From assembly GCA_030431455.1 (NCBI GenBank), contig JAUIJE010000002.1, positions 129,294 through 193,293 on the forward strand: a stretch of 64,000 bases of DNA, in the 5' to 3' direction. This DNA is from a bacterium (GTDB lineage: Bacteria; Myxococcota; UBA727; JAUIJE01). The position numbers and the translations under genes were made by a program. Positions 1-9,055 of this stretch are shown piece after piece; within the stretch, counting starts at the first letter, position 1, and each line of letters opens with the position of its first letter. A model generated the notes under the pieces. That model searched no databases, was not told the origin of the DNA, and worked only from the letters and a program-made list of their open reading frames with translations.

Positions 1-610
1 CGCGGGCGTACGCACAGGTCTCGTAGTTGAGGGGCTGGCCGGTGGCGCCGCTGATGCCCACCCGCAGCGCGTCAAAGGGCGAGGTCCCGCGCACCGCGGG
101 CAGCGCCGAGAGGTACGCGTCGATGGTCTGGCCCCCCGGGCTCGCCGACGACGAGCGCGTACACGAGAGCGCGCCGTGGTGGGTCGAGTGTCCGCCCCCG
201 CTGATCTTGCTGGACAAGCCCAGCACCACCGCCGCGTCTGATTCCAGTGACATTCCGCTTCCGGTGTCGAGCACCGAGGCGAGGCCGGGCGCGGACGCGA
301 AGTCGGTGCCCGGGACCTCGAGCACGCTGTCGAGGCCGTTGTACTGGCCATAGAACCAACGGTTGGTGCCCACCGACTGGCCGGTGGCGGCGTCCAGGGC
401 CGCGCGGGCGTTGTCGGCGAGGAAGTTCACCGGCTCGGCACAGTTGCCCTCGAGCACGAACACGAAGCGCCGGGGCATGTCCCCGCTGGTCTGGGCCCGG
501 GCGAGCGTGGACAGCAAGGGCGACAGCAGCGCGGCCCCGGCCCCGAGGGTCAAGCCCTTGAGGACGTCGCGGCGATGAAGGCCCCCGTGGCGGGGGTTGC
601 GAACGGTCAT
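1..610 (-). CDS. DUF1552-family protein with a twin-arginine (Tat) signal. Only the N-terminal part is in the window; the C-terminus runs off the window start.
   Basis: On the minus strand an ATG at 610-608 opens a frame reading MTVRNPRHGGLHRRDVLKGLTLGAGAALLSPLLSTLARAQ, which is an RR-motif Tat signal, and it stays open to position 1. The ATG overlaps the stop of the upstream gene (ATGA), which is the usual DUF1592-DUF1552 operon arrangement in Planctomycetes and Myxococcota. Confidence 0.55.
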   Translation of the reverse strand, partial: MTVRNPRHGGLHRRDVLKGLTLGAGAALLSPLLSTLARAQTSGDMPRRFVFVLEGNCAEPVNFLADNARAALDAATGQSVGTNRWFYGQYNGLDSVLEVPGTDFASAPGLASVLDTGSGMSLESDAAVVLGLSSKISGGGHSTHHGALSCTRSSSASPGGQTIDAYLSALPAVRGTSPFDALRVGISGATGQPLNYETCAYAR

Positions 611-2865
611 GGCGCCACCTCCTCGTCGTGACGGTAGAGAAAGGCGTCGCTCTGGGCGAAGGCGCTGAGCATGTCGATGAACGATCCTTGTTCGTCGTAG
701 GCGGTCTCCATCGCGGTCAGGGTGCACGCATCGGCGGTGGTCTCGTTGCGGCCGGCGAAGAAGCGGAACGCCTGGCGGATAAAACATCGCTTGGCATGGT
801 TGGACTGGGCGAGGAGTTGGGACAGCTCCACCGCGTCCTGCACCGATGTGTTCAGCACCGGGTCGGGGGCGTTGTCGATGGTGCTCGTGCCGTCGGGAGC
901 GCCGCCATGGTCGGTGGCGCGCACGAAACCCGCGTGGTTGTAGACCTCGAACGGGTAGCCCAGCGAGTTCATTTGGCTGTGGCAGCCCATGCAGGTGACC
1001 GCGTCGGGGCCTTGTTCGACGCTCTCCACCAATCGGTCGCGGGCGGATTTGCCCGGGTCACTGGGCACGAGCTTGGCCTCGACCATCACCAGCTCAAGGT
1101 TGGGCACGTCTTCGCAGAGGAGGTTTTCGCGGATCCAATGTCCCCGGTGCACGATGCTCGCGTCGTCTTCAAAGTTGCCGCCGTGGGCCGCGAGCCAGGC
1201 GGGGTGGGTGAGCACCCCCGCGCGTTCGGCCGGGTCCATGTCCACCCAGCGGCCCGCGAAGGTATCGGGCACATTGACGTCGAGGTTGTAGGGCCGGTGC
1301 AGGTTGGTGATCGCCTTCCAGATCGAGCCCACGCAGTAGCCGTGATCACCGCAGGTGCCGGTGCATTGGCTGTCGTCGGTGCAGGCCCCGCCGTTGTTGG
1401 CCACCATGTTGGAGGGCAGACGCCAGGTGCGGGTGGTCAACAGATTGGCGAACACGTCGGTGTCGTCGATGACCACCTTGGCGATGGTGTCGTCGAGCTG
1501 CTCGTCGAGCAACGACTCGTCCGCGTAGTAGCCGGACAACAGGTTGTTGTACGAGGTGGTGACGTTGAAGTTGTTGTAGGCCGAGGTCGCGCCGGGGGTG
1601 TCCTTGAACTGGATGCGCACGTCGGTGTAGCCGAGCCACTCCCGGAAGAAGTCCACCACCCGGGAGGCGAGCCAGTATTCGCCCCGCGCGTTGCGTTTGC
1701 CGTCGAGCAGGTCGAACCGTTGCATGTCGACGCCGCCGACGTTGTTGCGCAACAGGGTGTCCATCACCGCGGGGTCGGTGATGGTGCCGTCGGCCGCGGC
1801 GGCCTTGATGTCGGGGAGGTAGCCCTCGGGGGGGGCGGTCCAGTTGGGGTGCACCGGGTGTTGGTTGTCGAACGCAAAGGTGCCCGACAAGCCCGGGGGC
1901 ACGCGGGAGATCAAGCTCGAGAGCGCCCGGGCGGTCTCCCATTCGTCCAGTCGTCGACGACCATCGGGGAGGGCCGCGCCCTTCCCGAGCTCGCTCTTGA
2001 ACAGCGCACCGGAGGTCAGCCACGCCGCCTGGGTGGTCAACGACAGGGTGTTGTCGCGTTGGGACACGTCGGTCTCGGCGGCGAGCGCGTCGGTCAAGAA
2101 CACCGCCAGCCGCGACCGTTCCTCGTCGGTGGGCGGGCGGAACAGCACCCCCTCTTCGAGGTACTTGTAGGTGTAGTAGTCAATGCACGCCGCGTCCGGT
2201 TGGGCGTCGTTCCACATGCAGTTGAGTGCATTGTCATTGTATACGGTGTAGGTGCGGACCCCGAGGTTGCCCCCGCTGCGCGCGACCCAGCCGGAGCCGG
2301 CCTCGGGCAGCACCGCGAGCAACAGGTCGAGGGTGGACTCGTCGAGGGACACGCCCTTGTCGTAGGTGGTGTACAGGTGCCGGCCGGGGGCATCGAGCGG
2401 GTTGTTGCGCACCTGGCTGCCGTACCAGGTCGGGGCGTTGGGCTTGTTGACGGTGTTGGTCCACTCCCGGCGCTCCATGCGCCGCAACCGCGCCGGTGAG
2501 CTGCCCGGGCTCCCGTCGCACACAAACAATGTGTCTTGGTTGAGCCAGTTGGGGTCCGGCTCGGGGGTCACGTCCCCGTCGCCATCGCCATCCCCGTCGC
2601 CTGACGAACCGGCGTCGACGGCTCCGCCGTCCGATGGTTCTTCCACGCCGCCGTCAGGCGGTCCGTCCCCGTCGCCGTCGCCGTCCCCGGGGCGGGCGGG
2701 GATGACGTCCCCATCGCCGTCCCCGTCGCCTGGTCCGTCCCCGTCACCGTCACCGTCACCGAGGTTGTTGACCCCGACCAGCGCGGTACAACCCCATTGC
2801 GGCCCAAAGGCCAACGTCAACCACAACCCGGTGGCGATCGCGCGCTTCACACTGACTCCCCTCAC
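607..2865 (-). CDS. Secreted or lipo-protein of the DUF1592/DUF1595/DUF1588 (PSCyt/PSD) type with a CxxCH motif and an N-terminal poly(Asp-Gly) linker.
   Basis: 752 aa ORF with a coding-like, non-low-complexity composition. N-terminus reads LTLAFGPQWGC followed by DGDGDG tracts. C-terminal region carries CMGCH, a heme-c-binding CxxCH motif typical of the Planctomycete-cytochrome-like domains found upstream of DUF1552 genes. Confidence 0.6.
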   Translation of the reverse strand: MRGVSVKRAIATGLWLTLAFGPQWGCTALVGVNNLGDGDGDGDGPGDGDGDGDVIPARPGDGDGDGDGPPDGGVEEPSDGGAVDAGSSGDGDGDGDGDVTPEPDPNWLNQDTLFVCDGSPGSSPARLRRMERREWTNTVNKPNAPTWYGSQVRNNPLDAPGRHLYTTYDKGVSLDESTLDLLLAVLPEAGSGWVARSGGNLGVRTYTVYNDNALNCMWNDAQPDAACIDYYTYKYLEEGVLFRPPTDEERSRLAVFLTDALAAETDVSQRDNTLSLTTQAAWLTSGALFKSELGKGAALPDGRRRLDEWETARALSSLISRVPPGLSGTFAFDNQHPVHPNWTAPPEGYLPDIKAAAADGTITDPAVMDTLLRNNVGGVDMQRFDLLDGKRNARGEYWLASRVVDFFREWLGYTDVRIQFKDTPGATSAYNNFNVTTSYNNLLSGYYADESLLDEQLDDTIAKVVIDDTDVFANLLTTRTWRLPSNMVANNGGACTDDSQCTGTCGDHGYCVGSIWKAITNLHRPYNLDVNVPDTFAGRWVDMDPAERAGVLTHPAWLAAHGGNFEDDASIVHRGHWIRENLLCEDVPNLELVMVEAKLVPSDPGKSARDRLVESVEQGPDAVTCMGCHSQMNSLGYPFEVYNHAGFVRATDHGGAPDGTSTIDNAPDPVLNTSVQDAVELSQLLAQSNHAKRCFIRQAFRFFAGRNETTADACTLTAMETAYDEQGSFIDMLSAFAQSDAFLYRHDEEVAP

Positions 2866-2973
2866 CTGGGCCGCCGGGCGACCCTCGGTCAGTGTACGGG
2901 ATCGCGCCGCTGGTCGTCACATCACGGGCCCGGGTGACACACCCTTTCAGCGGCCTTTCAGGCCCCGACGCGC

Positions 2974-4335
2974 TCACCAATGCGGCGGCCGGCACGTCGT
3001 CGGGCGCGGGGGGCTGCGGTCGCGCACCTGACACTCCGCTTGTTGCGACCTCGTCAACAAGAACGACGCGCGCCGCACGCTCGCCACCGCGCGTGACGGC
3101 GAAACCGGCGCGTACACGTCGACCACCGAACGCGAGGAGCGCTCCCCGCACGCCACCGCGTGGGCGATCGCGGCCCGGGTCGACCGCGCCGCACCCTCGA
3201 GCACCAAGATGGCAGAGCCCCGCGACCGCAGCGCCTCGTCGTCGAGGTCGGTGCCGCTGTGCACCCGCCACCCGGCGGCGGTCAACGCCTGTTCGACGTC
3301 GGCCCCCACCCCGGCCTCCGTCTCGCCGTGCACCACGTACACATCGACCCCGGGGCCTTGCACCGCCTGGAGCACAAAAAACCACCCCACCCCGACCAGC
3401 CCCGCGGCCGCGGCCCCGAGGAACACGCCCGGGCGCCGGCCGACCTGGGTGACTCCCGCGGGGAACAACACCGCCGCGAACGACACCAGCTTGCCCGCGC
3501 ACACAAACAGCCACACCCACAGCGACGTCAGCAAGGTCGAATAGATGTAAATCCCCGACGCGTCGTAGTTGAGCGTGGCCGGCGGCGTCTCGAACCGGAG
3601 GCCCGACAAAAACATCGCCCACGCGGTGTCGAACGAAAACCGCGCCGGGGACAAACACCCCACGAACAGCGTGTTGATGCGCCCGTCCAAAATGGGCAGA
3701 GCGACCCGGCCCGCGACGTAAATCGCCACCAACGCGATGCCGAGCGACAACACCACGTCGAGGACCAGCCAACCCAGGACCACCACCGGGTGCCGTGCGC
3801 TCACCAACCGGGTGAGCACAAACCGGCTCTCGACGAGCGAGAGGTAGTCAGGGATCCAATTGGTGATCAACGTGATCAGCCCATAGGTCACGATCAACAC
3901 CCCGGCTTGGGCCCCGAGCACCGTGCCGCCGCCGTGCAGTGACATGGGGGGCTGCCCCCCGAGCCAGAGGCCGGCCAACACCACCAGGGCGAGCAACGAC
4001 GCGAGCACCGAACGCGCGAACGACGGCAACATCAGCGCCCCCCACCGGGTCGCCACCGGGCGCACGCGAAAAATCGCGTCGAACCACTGCAAAAACGCCC
4101 CCGCCCAGCCGCGGTCCTCGGCCGGCCGGCCGGTCAACCAGCTGCCCAGCCGCCCCGCGTAGGGGGACCGCCGAAGCTGGGGGCCATGGGCGACAAAAAA
4201 CGCCCCCGCCCCGATGGTCACCGCCGCCCACACCAGCACGCCCAACACACCACTCACGCGGCACCTCCTCTCCCAGAAACGAGCAAAAACAATGATCTGG
4301 CCTGGGCGAGGCTTGACCGTTGGCCCCTTCTGCAA
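2974..4335 (-). CDS. Hypothetical multi-pass membrane protein with a C-terminal cytoplasmic alpha/beta domain (TIR- or Rossmann-like).
   Basis: 453 aa ORF with several hydrophobic helices (LLALVVLAGLWLG, VLGWLVLDVVLSLGIALVAIYVAG, LWVWLFVCAGKLVSFAAVLF), then VDVYVVHGETEAGVGADVEQALTAAGWRVHSGTDLDDEALRSRGSAILVLEGA. The C-terminal 60 aa is low-complexity, so the true 3' end or frame is uncertain. Confidence 0.4.
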   Translation of the reverse strand: MQKGPTVKPRPGQIIVFARFWERRCRVSGVLGVLVWAAVTIGAGAFFVAHGPQLRRSPYAGRLGSWLTGRPAEDRGWAGAFLQWFDAIFRVRPVATRWGALMLPSFARSVLASLLALVVLAGLWLGGQPPMSLHGGGTVLGAQAGVLIVTYGLITLITNWIPDYLSLVESRFVLTRLVSARHPVVVLGWLVLDVVLSLGIALVAIYVAGRVALPILDGRINTLFVGCLSPARFSFDTAWAMFLSGLRFETPPATLNYDASGIYIYSTLLTSLWVWLFVCAGKLVSFAAVLFPAGVTQVGRRPGVFLGAAAAGLVGVGWFFVLQAVQGPGVDVYVVHGETEAGVGADVEQALTAAGWRVHSGTDLDDEALRSRGSAILVLEGAARSTRAAIAHAVACGERSSRSVVDVYAPVSPSRAVASVRRASFLLTRSQQAECQVRDRSPPRPTTCRPPHW

Positions 4336-4408
4336 GTTTCAGACGGATTACGGATGTTTTCGTCGATGGACGCGGCAGGCTCCTTATCGTTGTTTTTGCG
4401 GAGGTCCC

Positions 4409-6136
4409 ATGACTGCCCTTTTGATCCGTCGCCTCGGTCTTTTTGTTCCCCTCGCGCTCGGGCTCGGCTGCCAGCCTGACGTGCACGAGGGGGTGATGGG
4501 CCAGCTCGGGCTCGAACACCCCGCGGCGGAGGCGCACGGCCTGGAGGTCTGTCCCGACGGCGAGACGTTGTTCGGCATCGACGTGTCCAAGTGGCAAGGC
4601 GACATCAACTGGGCCGCGGTCGCGGGCGACGGGGTCAAGTACGCCCAGATTCGGGTGTCGGACGGGCTCGCGGCCGAGGACCCGAAGTTTCAGCAGAACT
4701 GGGCCGGGGCCAAAGCCAACGGGGTGACCCGCGGGGTGTACCAGTTCTTCCGGTCCAACCAGGACCCCATCGCCCAGGCCGAGCACATGCTCGCGATCAT
4801 GGGCCCCCTCGAGCCCGGTGACCTGCCCCCGATGATCGACGTCGAGAGCACCGACGGACAGACCCCGGCCACCATCGCCACCAAGGTGGGCCAATGGATC
4901 GACCACGTCGAGGCGGTGCTCGGGGTGCAGCCGATCATCTACTCGGGCAAGTACTTCTGGCAGGACAACGTGCAGACCGAAGAGTTCGCCGGCTATCCCC
5001 TGTGGCACGCCCAGTACCCCCTGCAGAGCACGCCGGGCAACGACGACTGGATCGGCCGCTGTCCCAACATCGCCAACCAGTGGACCCAGTGGGCGTTCTG
5101 GCAATACGCCAGCACCGGGGCGGTGGCGGGCATCAACGGCAACGTCGACGTCAACCGCTTCAACGGCAATGCAGCGGCATTGGCCAACCTCACGGTGGGC
5201 GACCCGGTGTGTGGCGATGGCCTGTGCCACTTCAGCGAACAGGACGGGGTCTGCCCCGCGGACTGCCCGGTGTGCGAACCGGTGCCGGCGGCGGGCAAGA
5301 CCATCGAGGAAGATGACCTGTGTTTCTTCGGGGGCGGCAACCCCGTGTTCATTCGCGAGGTCGAAGACGCCGGCCACGGCGGAGCGATGAAGTGGACCGC
5401 GGTGTGGGTCAACGACACGCCGGCCAACTACGCGGAGTGGACGTTGATGTTCGACGAGGCGGGGCAATACGAGGTGGAGGTCTACACCGACACCGCCTAC
5501 GCCCAGTGGACGGGGGCGCCGTACCAAATCCAGCATGCAGATTCATTGGACACGGTGACGATCAACCAGACCGCCACCAGCGGTTGGCAGAGCCTGGGCA
5601 CGTTTGATTTCGCCGCCGGGGGCGAGCAATGGATCCTGCTCGGTGACAACACCCAGAACGCGGCCGAAGACGACCAACAAATCGCGTGGGACGCGGTGCG
5701 GCTCACCCGCGTGGACCTGCCGGGCGACGGCGACGGCGACGGCGATGGGGATGGGGATGGCGACGGCGATGGCGATGGCGATGGCGATGGCGACGGCGAC
5801 GGCGACGGCGATGGAGACGGCGACGGCGACGGCGATGGCGACGGCGACTGCCCGGCCGGCACCGTGGGGTGCGCCTGCGGCGAAGGCTGTGGCGAGGACT
5901 TGCTCTGCTTCAATGGCATTTGCACCGAGTTGAGCAGCGGCGACGGGGATGGCGACGGAGACGGAGATGGCGATGGGGATGGAGATGGAGATGGAGATGG
6001 AGATGGGGATGGCGACGGGGACGGAGACGACACCGAGCCGATGGCGTGTCGCTGCGTCGACGCCGGGGGCAGCCTGGTGCCGGGGCCGTTTTTGTGGGGG
6101 CTTTTGGTGTTCGTGACCCGCCGCCGCCGGCGCTGA
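4409..6136 (+). CDS. Glycoside hydrolase family 25 lysozyme (muramidase) lipoprotein with a C-terminal domain, two poly(Asp-Gly) tracts, a Cys-rich segment and a MYXO-CTERM-like sorting tail.
   Basis: ATG at 4409 is preceded by GGAGG and opens MTALLIRRLGLFVPLALGLGCQ, a lipobox. The GH25 hallmark FGIDVSKWQGDINW and the DVES motif are present. The C-terminus reads ...ACRCVDAGGSLVPGPFLWGLLVFVTRRRRR, a Cys motif plus hydrophobic stretch plus Arg-rich tail characteristic of MYXO-CTERM. Confidence 0.8.
   Translation: MTALLIRRLGLFVPLALGLGCQPDVHEGVMGQLGLEHPAAEAHGLEVCPDGETLFGIDVSKWQGDINWAAVAGDGVKYAQIRVSDGLAAEDPKFQQNWAGAKANGVTRGVYQFFRSNQDPIAQAEHMLAIMGPLEPGDLPPMIDVESTDGQTPATIATKVGQWIDHVEAVLGVQPIIYSGKYFWQDNVQTEEFAGYPLWHAQYPLQSTPGNDDWIGRCPNIANQWTQWAFWQYASTGAVAGINGNVDVNRFNGNAAALANLTVGDPVCGDGLCHFSEQDGVCPADCPVCEPVPAAGKTIEEDDLCFFGGGNPVFIREVEDAGHGGAMKWTAVWVNDTPANYAEWTLMFDEAGQYEVEVYTDTAYAQWTGAPYQIQHADSLDTVTINQTATSGWQSLGTFDFAAGGEQWILLGDNTQNAAEDDQQIAWDAVRLTRVDLPGDGDGDGDGDGDGDGDGDGDGDGDGDGDGDGDGDGDGDGDGDCPAGTVGCACGEGCGEDLLCFNGICTELSSGDGDGDGDGDGDGDGDGDGDGDGDGDGDGDDTEPMACRCVDAGGSLVPGPFLWGLLVFVTRRRRR
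5721..5848. repeat. (GACGGC)n microsatellite encoding a poly(Asp-Gly) linker. A second tract lies at 5939-6038.
   Basis: Direct hexanucleotide repeats visible in the sequence, translating to DGDGDG... inside the GH25 protein. Confidence 0.9.
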
Positions 6137-6221
6137 CCGCACCGGCCACCCGCACAAAAAGAAGACGCCGGCCCGCGCACCATGGCGCGGACCGGCGTCG
6201 TTGCGTTTTTGTCGGCGAGAC

Positions 6222-6779
6222 TCAGTCGATGAGGGTGGTCTCGGCCACCGCCGGGCCACCGGGCAGATCGGGGTTGAACACCCCGACGGTGGCGGTGACC
6301 TCTTCGGCGTCCGCCGCGCCGGTCACGGCCACGGCGAAGTTGGTGGCCCCGATGTCCGCGGTGCAGGCGGCACCGGGCATGCCGTAGGCAGAATTGGATT
6401 GGATCGCGTGGGCGTTGAGGGTGGTGCCGTCGAGGTACATGCCCACCACCCCGAGCCCGGTGCCGAGGCACCCGCCGAGCTGGATGCGGACCATCACCAG
6501 GCGCTCGCCCGGCTCGAGCTCCGCCAGCGCGTCGGTGCAAAACGCGTTGGCCCCTTGGTCCTCGCCGTCGACGCACGCGTCGGCGGTGTCGGCGTTGTCT
6601 TGGTCGACAAAAAACGCAGCCTCCGAGAAGTCGCCGGGCGCGCCCCCTTCGGCGAGCAACCGGAACGAGACGGACTCGCCGGGGGGCGGCTCGCCCCCGG
6701 TGTTGTCGACGGGAACGCAGCCCACCGCGAGCGCGGCCACGATGGAAAAGAACGGAACGATGCGGACAATCTTGGTCAT
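6222..6779 (-). CDS. Hypothetical lipoprotein.
   Basis: ATG at 6779 is preceded by AGGAGG. Signal reads MTKIVRIVPFFSIVAALAVGCVPVDN (lipobox). The longer upstream part of the ORF is low-complexity and was excluded. Confidence 0.5.
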   Translation of the reverse strand: MTKIVRIVPFFSIVAALAVGCVPVDNTGGEPPPGESVSFRLLAEGGAPGDFSEAAFFVDQDNADTADACVDGEDQGANAFCTDALAELEPGERLVMVRIQLGGCLGTGLGVVGMYLDGTTLNAHAIQSNSAYGMPGAACTADIGATNFAVAVTGAADAEEVTATVGVFNPDLPGGPAVAETTLID

Positions 6780-6885
6780 GGTGCCTCCTGGTCTCCGCGC
6801 GTTGGAAATGCCAAAAGCGGGCCAAGCCGCGGAGCGCTTGGTGTCGAACGACGGGCCCTCAAAAATCTGGTGTCGCCCCCGGAAT

Positions 6886-7668
6886 ATGCGACGCGGGGAT
6901 CGTGGCCGGGCCGCGTGGGCGATGGGTTTGCTCTGGGCCGTGGCGCTGGCGGGGCGGGCCCAGACCGCGCCCGCGCCGGACGCGCCAGCGGTCACGCCCC
7001 CGGCACCGGTGGTGGCGCCGCCCGGCCCTGACCCCGTGGGCGAGGTGGCCGCGGCCCGGCTCGAGCGGCACGGCCGGCTCACCCAAGACGCGTACGCGGC
7101 CATCGCGGGGGCGGCGGTGCTCAGCTTCGGTGGCGTGTTTTCGGGCATCACCGCCTACTCCGCGGCCGAGTCGTTGGCCGCGGGCGAAGACGTGCCCTGG
7201 TTGCTGTTCGGCATCGGGGGCGTGGCCGGGGCCGTCGGTGCATGTACATTGTTGGCCACCGGGATCGACGCCGCGCTGGTGTACGCCCTCGATCTACACG
7301 GGGCGCGCCCGCTGCGGTTTTTGGCCCCGGCCCCGCCGCCCCTCGAGACCGCAGGCGACCCGGCCGCGCGCAAGGCCCGGCGGGACGACGCCGAGATCAA
7401 ACGCTGGGTGCTGTTCGCCACCGGCCTGGCCGGGGCGGGGGTGAGCGCGGCCGCGGGGGCCGGGCTGTTGTTCGTGGTGCTCGGGACCGAGTCGCTGGGC
7501 GACAGCGGGCCGGCCCAGACCGGGGTCGCGGCTGCAGGCACATTGTTGCTGTCGGGGGCGGTGCTGCTCGCGGGCAGCGCGGTGCTCGCCCCCCTGGTGT
7601 TGCGCAGCGAAGACGACATTGTGCAGGCGGTGCTCGACGAGCGCGCGCCGGCTTCGGCCTCAGAATAG
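6886..7668 (+). CDS. Hypothetical membrane protein with an N-terminal signal or anchor.
   Basis: Starts MRRGDRGRAAWAMGLLWAVALAGRAQT and has further hydrophobic helices (VAGAVGACTLLATGIDAALVYAL; LAGAGVSAAAGAGLLFVVLG; LLLSGAVLLAGSAVLAPLVL). A start at 6922 is an alternative. Confidence 0.4.
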   Translation: MRRGDRGRAAWAMGLLWAVALAGRAQTAPAPDAPAVTPPAPVVAPPGPDPVGEVAAARLERHGRLTQDAYAAIAGAAVLSFGGVFSGITAYSAAESLAAGEDVPWLLFGIGGVAGAVGACTLLATGIDAALVYALDLHGARPLRFLAPAPPPLETAGDPAARKARRDDAEIKRWVLFATGLAGAGVSAAAGAGLLFVVLGTESLGDSGPAQTGVAAAGTLLLSGAVLLAGSAVLAPLVLRSEDDIVQAVLDERAPASASE

Positions 7669-7670
7669 GC

Positions 7671-8840
7671 TCAGGCCGCGGGCCGGCCGGAGAGCGCTCC
7701 CGGGGGGGCGAAGGTCGCGGGCTGGTTGTCGAGCACGCGTTCGATGAGACCGTTCCAGAAACGTTTGCCGCTCCAGCGGTGCAACTGGTCATAGCCGGGA
7801 ATGCGACTGCGCACGGGGGCGGTGGCGGTGAGCACCCGCTGCAGCTGGGGCAAGACATGCTGGGCGGGCCCGTCCTCGACCCCGAGGGCGTCGGCGAGCT
7901 TTTTGCCCACGAACGCGCGGCACAGCCCGTGGCGCACGTGGATCTGCATCTCGACCAGGCGGGGGTTGACCTGGACCGACCGCTCCTTGCGCGGAATCGC
8001 GAGCAGGGCCTGGGCCAGGCCGCGCGAGTCCTCGTCGGGTTCGCCCTGGGTGAGAAAAATCATCTGCTCCATGCGCCGGGCTTCGTCGACGCTGTGGGGC
8101 AACAGGTCGGGGGCCACGCCGATGACGTGACCGACCCAGCGCCACAGGGCCATGTACTCTTCCTGCTCGTCCGGTTGCATACACATTCCGCACTGCCGGA
8201 GCCCGTCGATGAGCACGCTCGAGAACAGCAGGATGGTCGCGACCTGGTCGTGTTGGTTCACCGGGAGGGCCCAGCGGTCCATGTCCCAGCCGGGCGCGTC
8301 CTGCAGCATCAGGCGCACCTTGGTGTGCATGAGCCGCACCTTCATGGTGATGGCAAAACCGTCGCCAAAGCGGTGCATGCCCCCCGGCAGGACCACGGCC
8401 TGCAAAAACCGCCCGGTCTCGTTGAGCCGGCGCGCGGCCTTTTGGGTGAGCCGGCCGGAAAACGCCAGCGGCTTGTTGCCCGCGGGCGCGGCGTACCCGT
8501 GAATCAACGACTTGAACGACAGCGCCACCGAGCCGAGCACCCCCGAGCGCAGCAGCAGCGAACCCCCGCGGTCGATCACCGCCAGGTCTTGGCCGGCCAG
8601 GGCCTGTTCGGCCTCTTGTACGAGCGCGACCAGGCTCTGGCGCGGCCGCGCCACCGCCGACAGCCCGTGGCGCAGCGCGCGGTCGAGGGTCGCGACCGCG
8701 TCGTGGGGATGCGCCTGCACAAACGCGTCCATCAACGGGTCGGAATCGTACAGCCGCGACGTCAACCGCTCGAACAGCTCGGGATAGAGCGCGCGGGCTT
8801 CTTCTCGGTGGTGCACACGGGCGGGCAGCGGGCGGGTCAT
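7671..8840 (-). CDS. MpaB/DUF2236-family oxygenase (Lcp/rubber-oxygenase-like superfamily).
   Basis: 389 aa starting at the internal ATG 8840 (MTRPLPARVHHREEARALYPELFERL). Conserved-looking core with RWALPVNQHDQ and MCMQPDEQEEYMALWRWVGHVIG. The assignment is by overall similarity, not by a catalytic motif. Confidence 0.45.
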   Translation of the reverse strand: MTRPLPARVHHREEARALYPELFERLTSRLYDSDPLMDAFVQAHPHDAVATLDRALRHGLSAVARPRQSLVALVQEAEQALAGQDLAVIDRGGSLLLRSGVLGSVALSFKSLIHGYAAPAGNKPLAFSGRLTQKAARRLNETGRFLQAVVLPGGMHRFGDGFAITMKVRLMHTKVRLMLQDAPGWDMDRWALPVNQHDQVATILLFSSVLIDGLRQCGMCMQPDEQEEYMALWRWVGHVIGVAPDLLPHSVDEARRMEQMIFLTQGEPDEDSRGLAQALLAIPRKERSVQVNPRLVEMQIHVRHGLCRAFVGKKLADALGVEDGPAQHVLPQLQRVLTATAPVRSRIPGYDQLHRWSGKRFWNGLIERVLDNQPATFAPPGALSGRPAA

Positions 8841-9055
8841 GGGCCCAGCATACCCGACCGGCGCGCGGCCCTCCGGGCTTCGTTTTCGCAAGGCCCCGCC
8901 TCGCTCAGGCCGCCGGGTCGCAGAGCGTCGGACGCGGGCCGTGTGCGGGAGCCCAGATCAGGTCCTGCCCGCGGCATGACAGGCCTCGGCGCGGGGATCG
9001 GCGTTCGACGACGTGGCCGCATGTGGTAACCCTCGGCAGCTTTTTGAGGTCCCCC

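Noticed and set aside
628-2499. 623-aa plus-strand ORF, and many similar very long ORFs (e.g. 13778-18850 of 1690 aa, 22247-25525 of 1092 aa, 54056-57295 of 1079 aa, 49925-52009, 46937-49435, 57576-59630, 8837-11014, 7242-9029, 3848-5536, 41116-42861, 42947-44311, 62013-63545)
   Set aside because: They are antisense to, or out of frame with, well-supported genes. They have Arg/Gly/Pro/Ala-rich low-complexity translations typical of non-coding frames in 70% GC DNA, and none has recognisable motifs.
5497-6825. 442-aa minus-strand ORF full of SPSPSP repeats
   Set aside because: It is the reverse-complement reading of the (GACGGC)n poly-DG tracts of the GH25 gene, so it is a repeat artefact.
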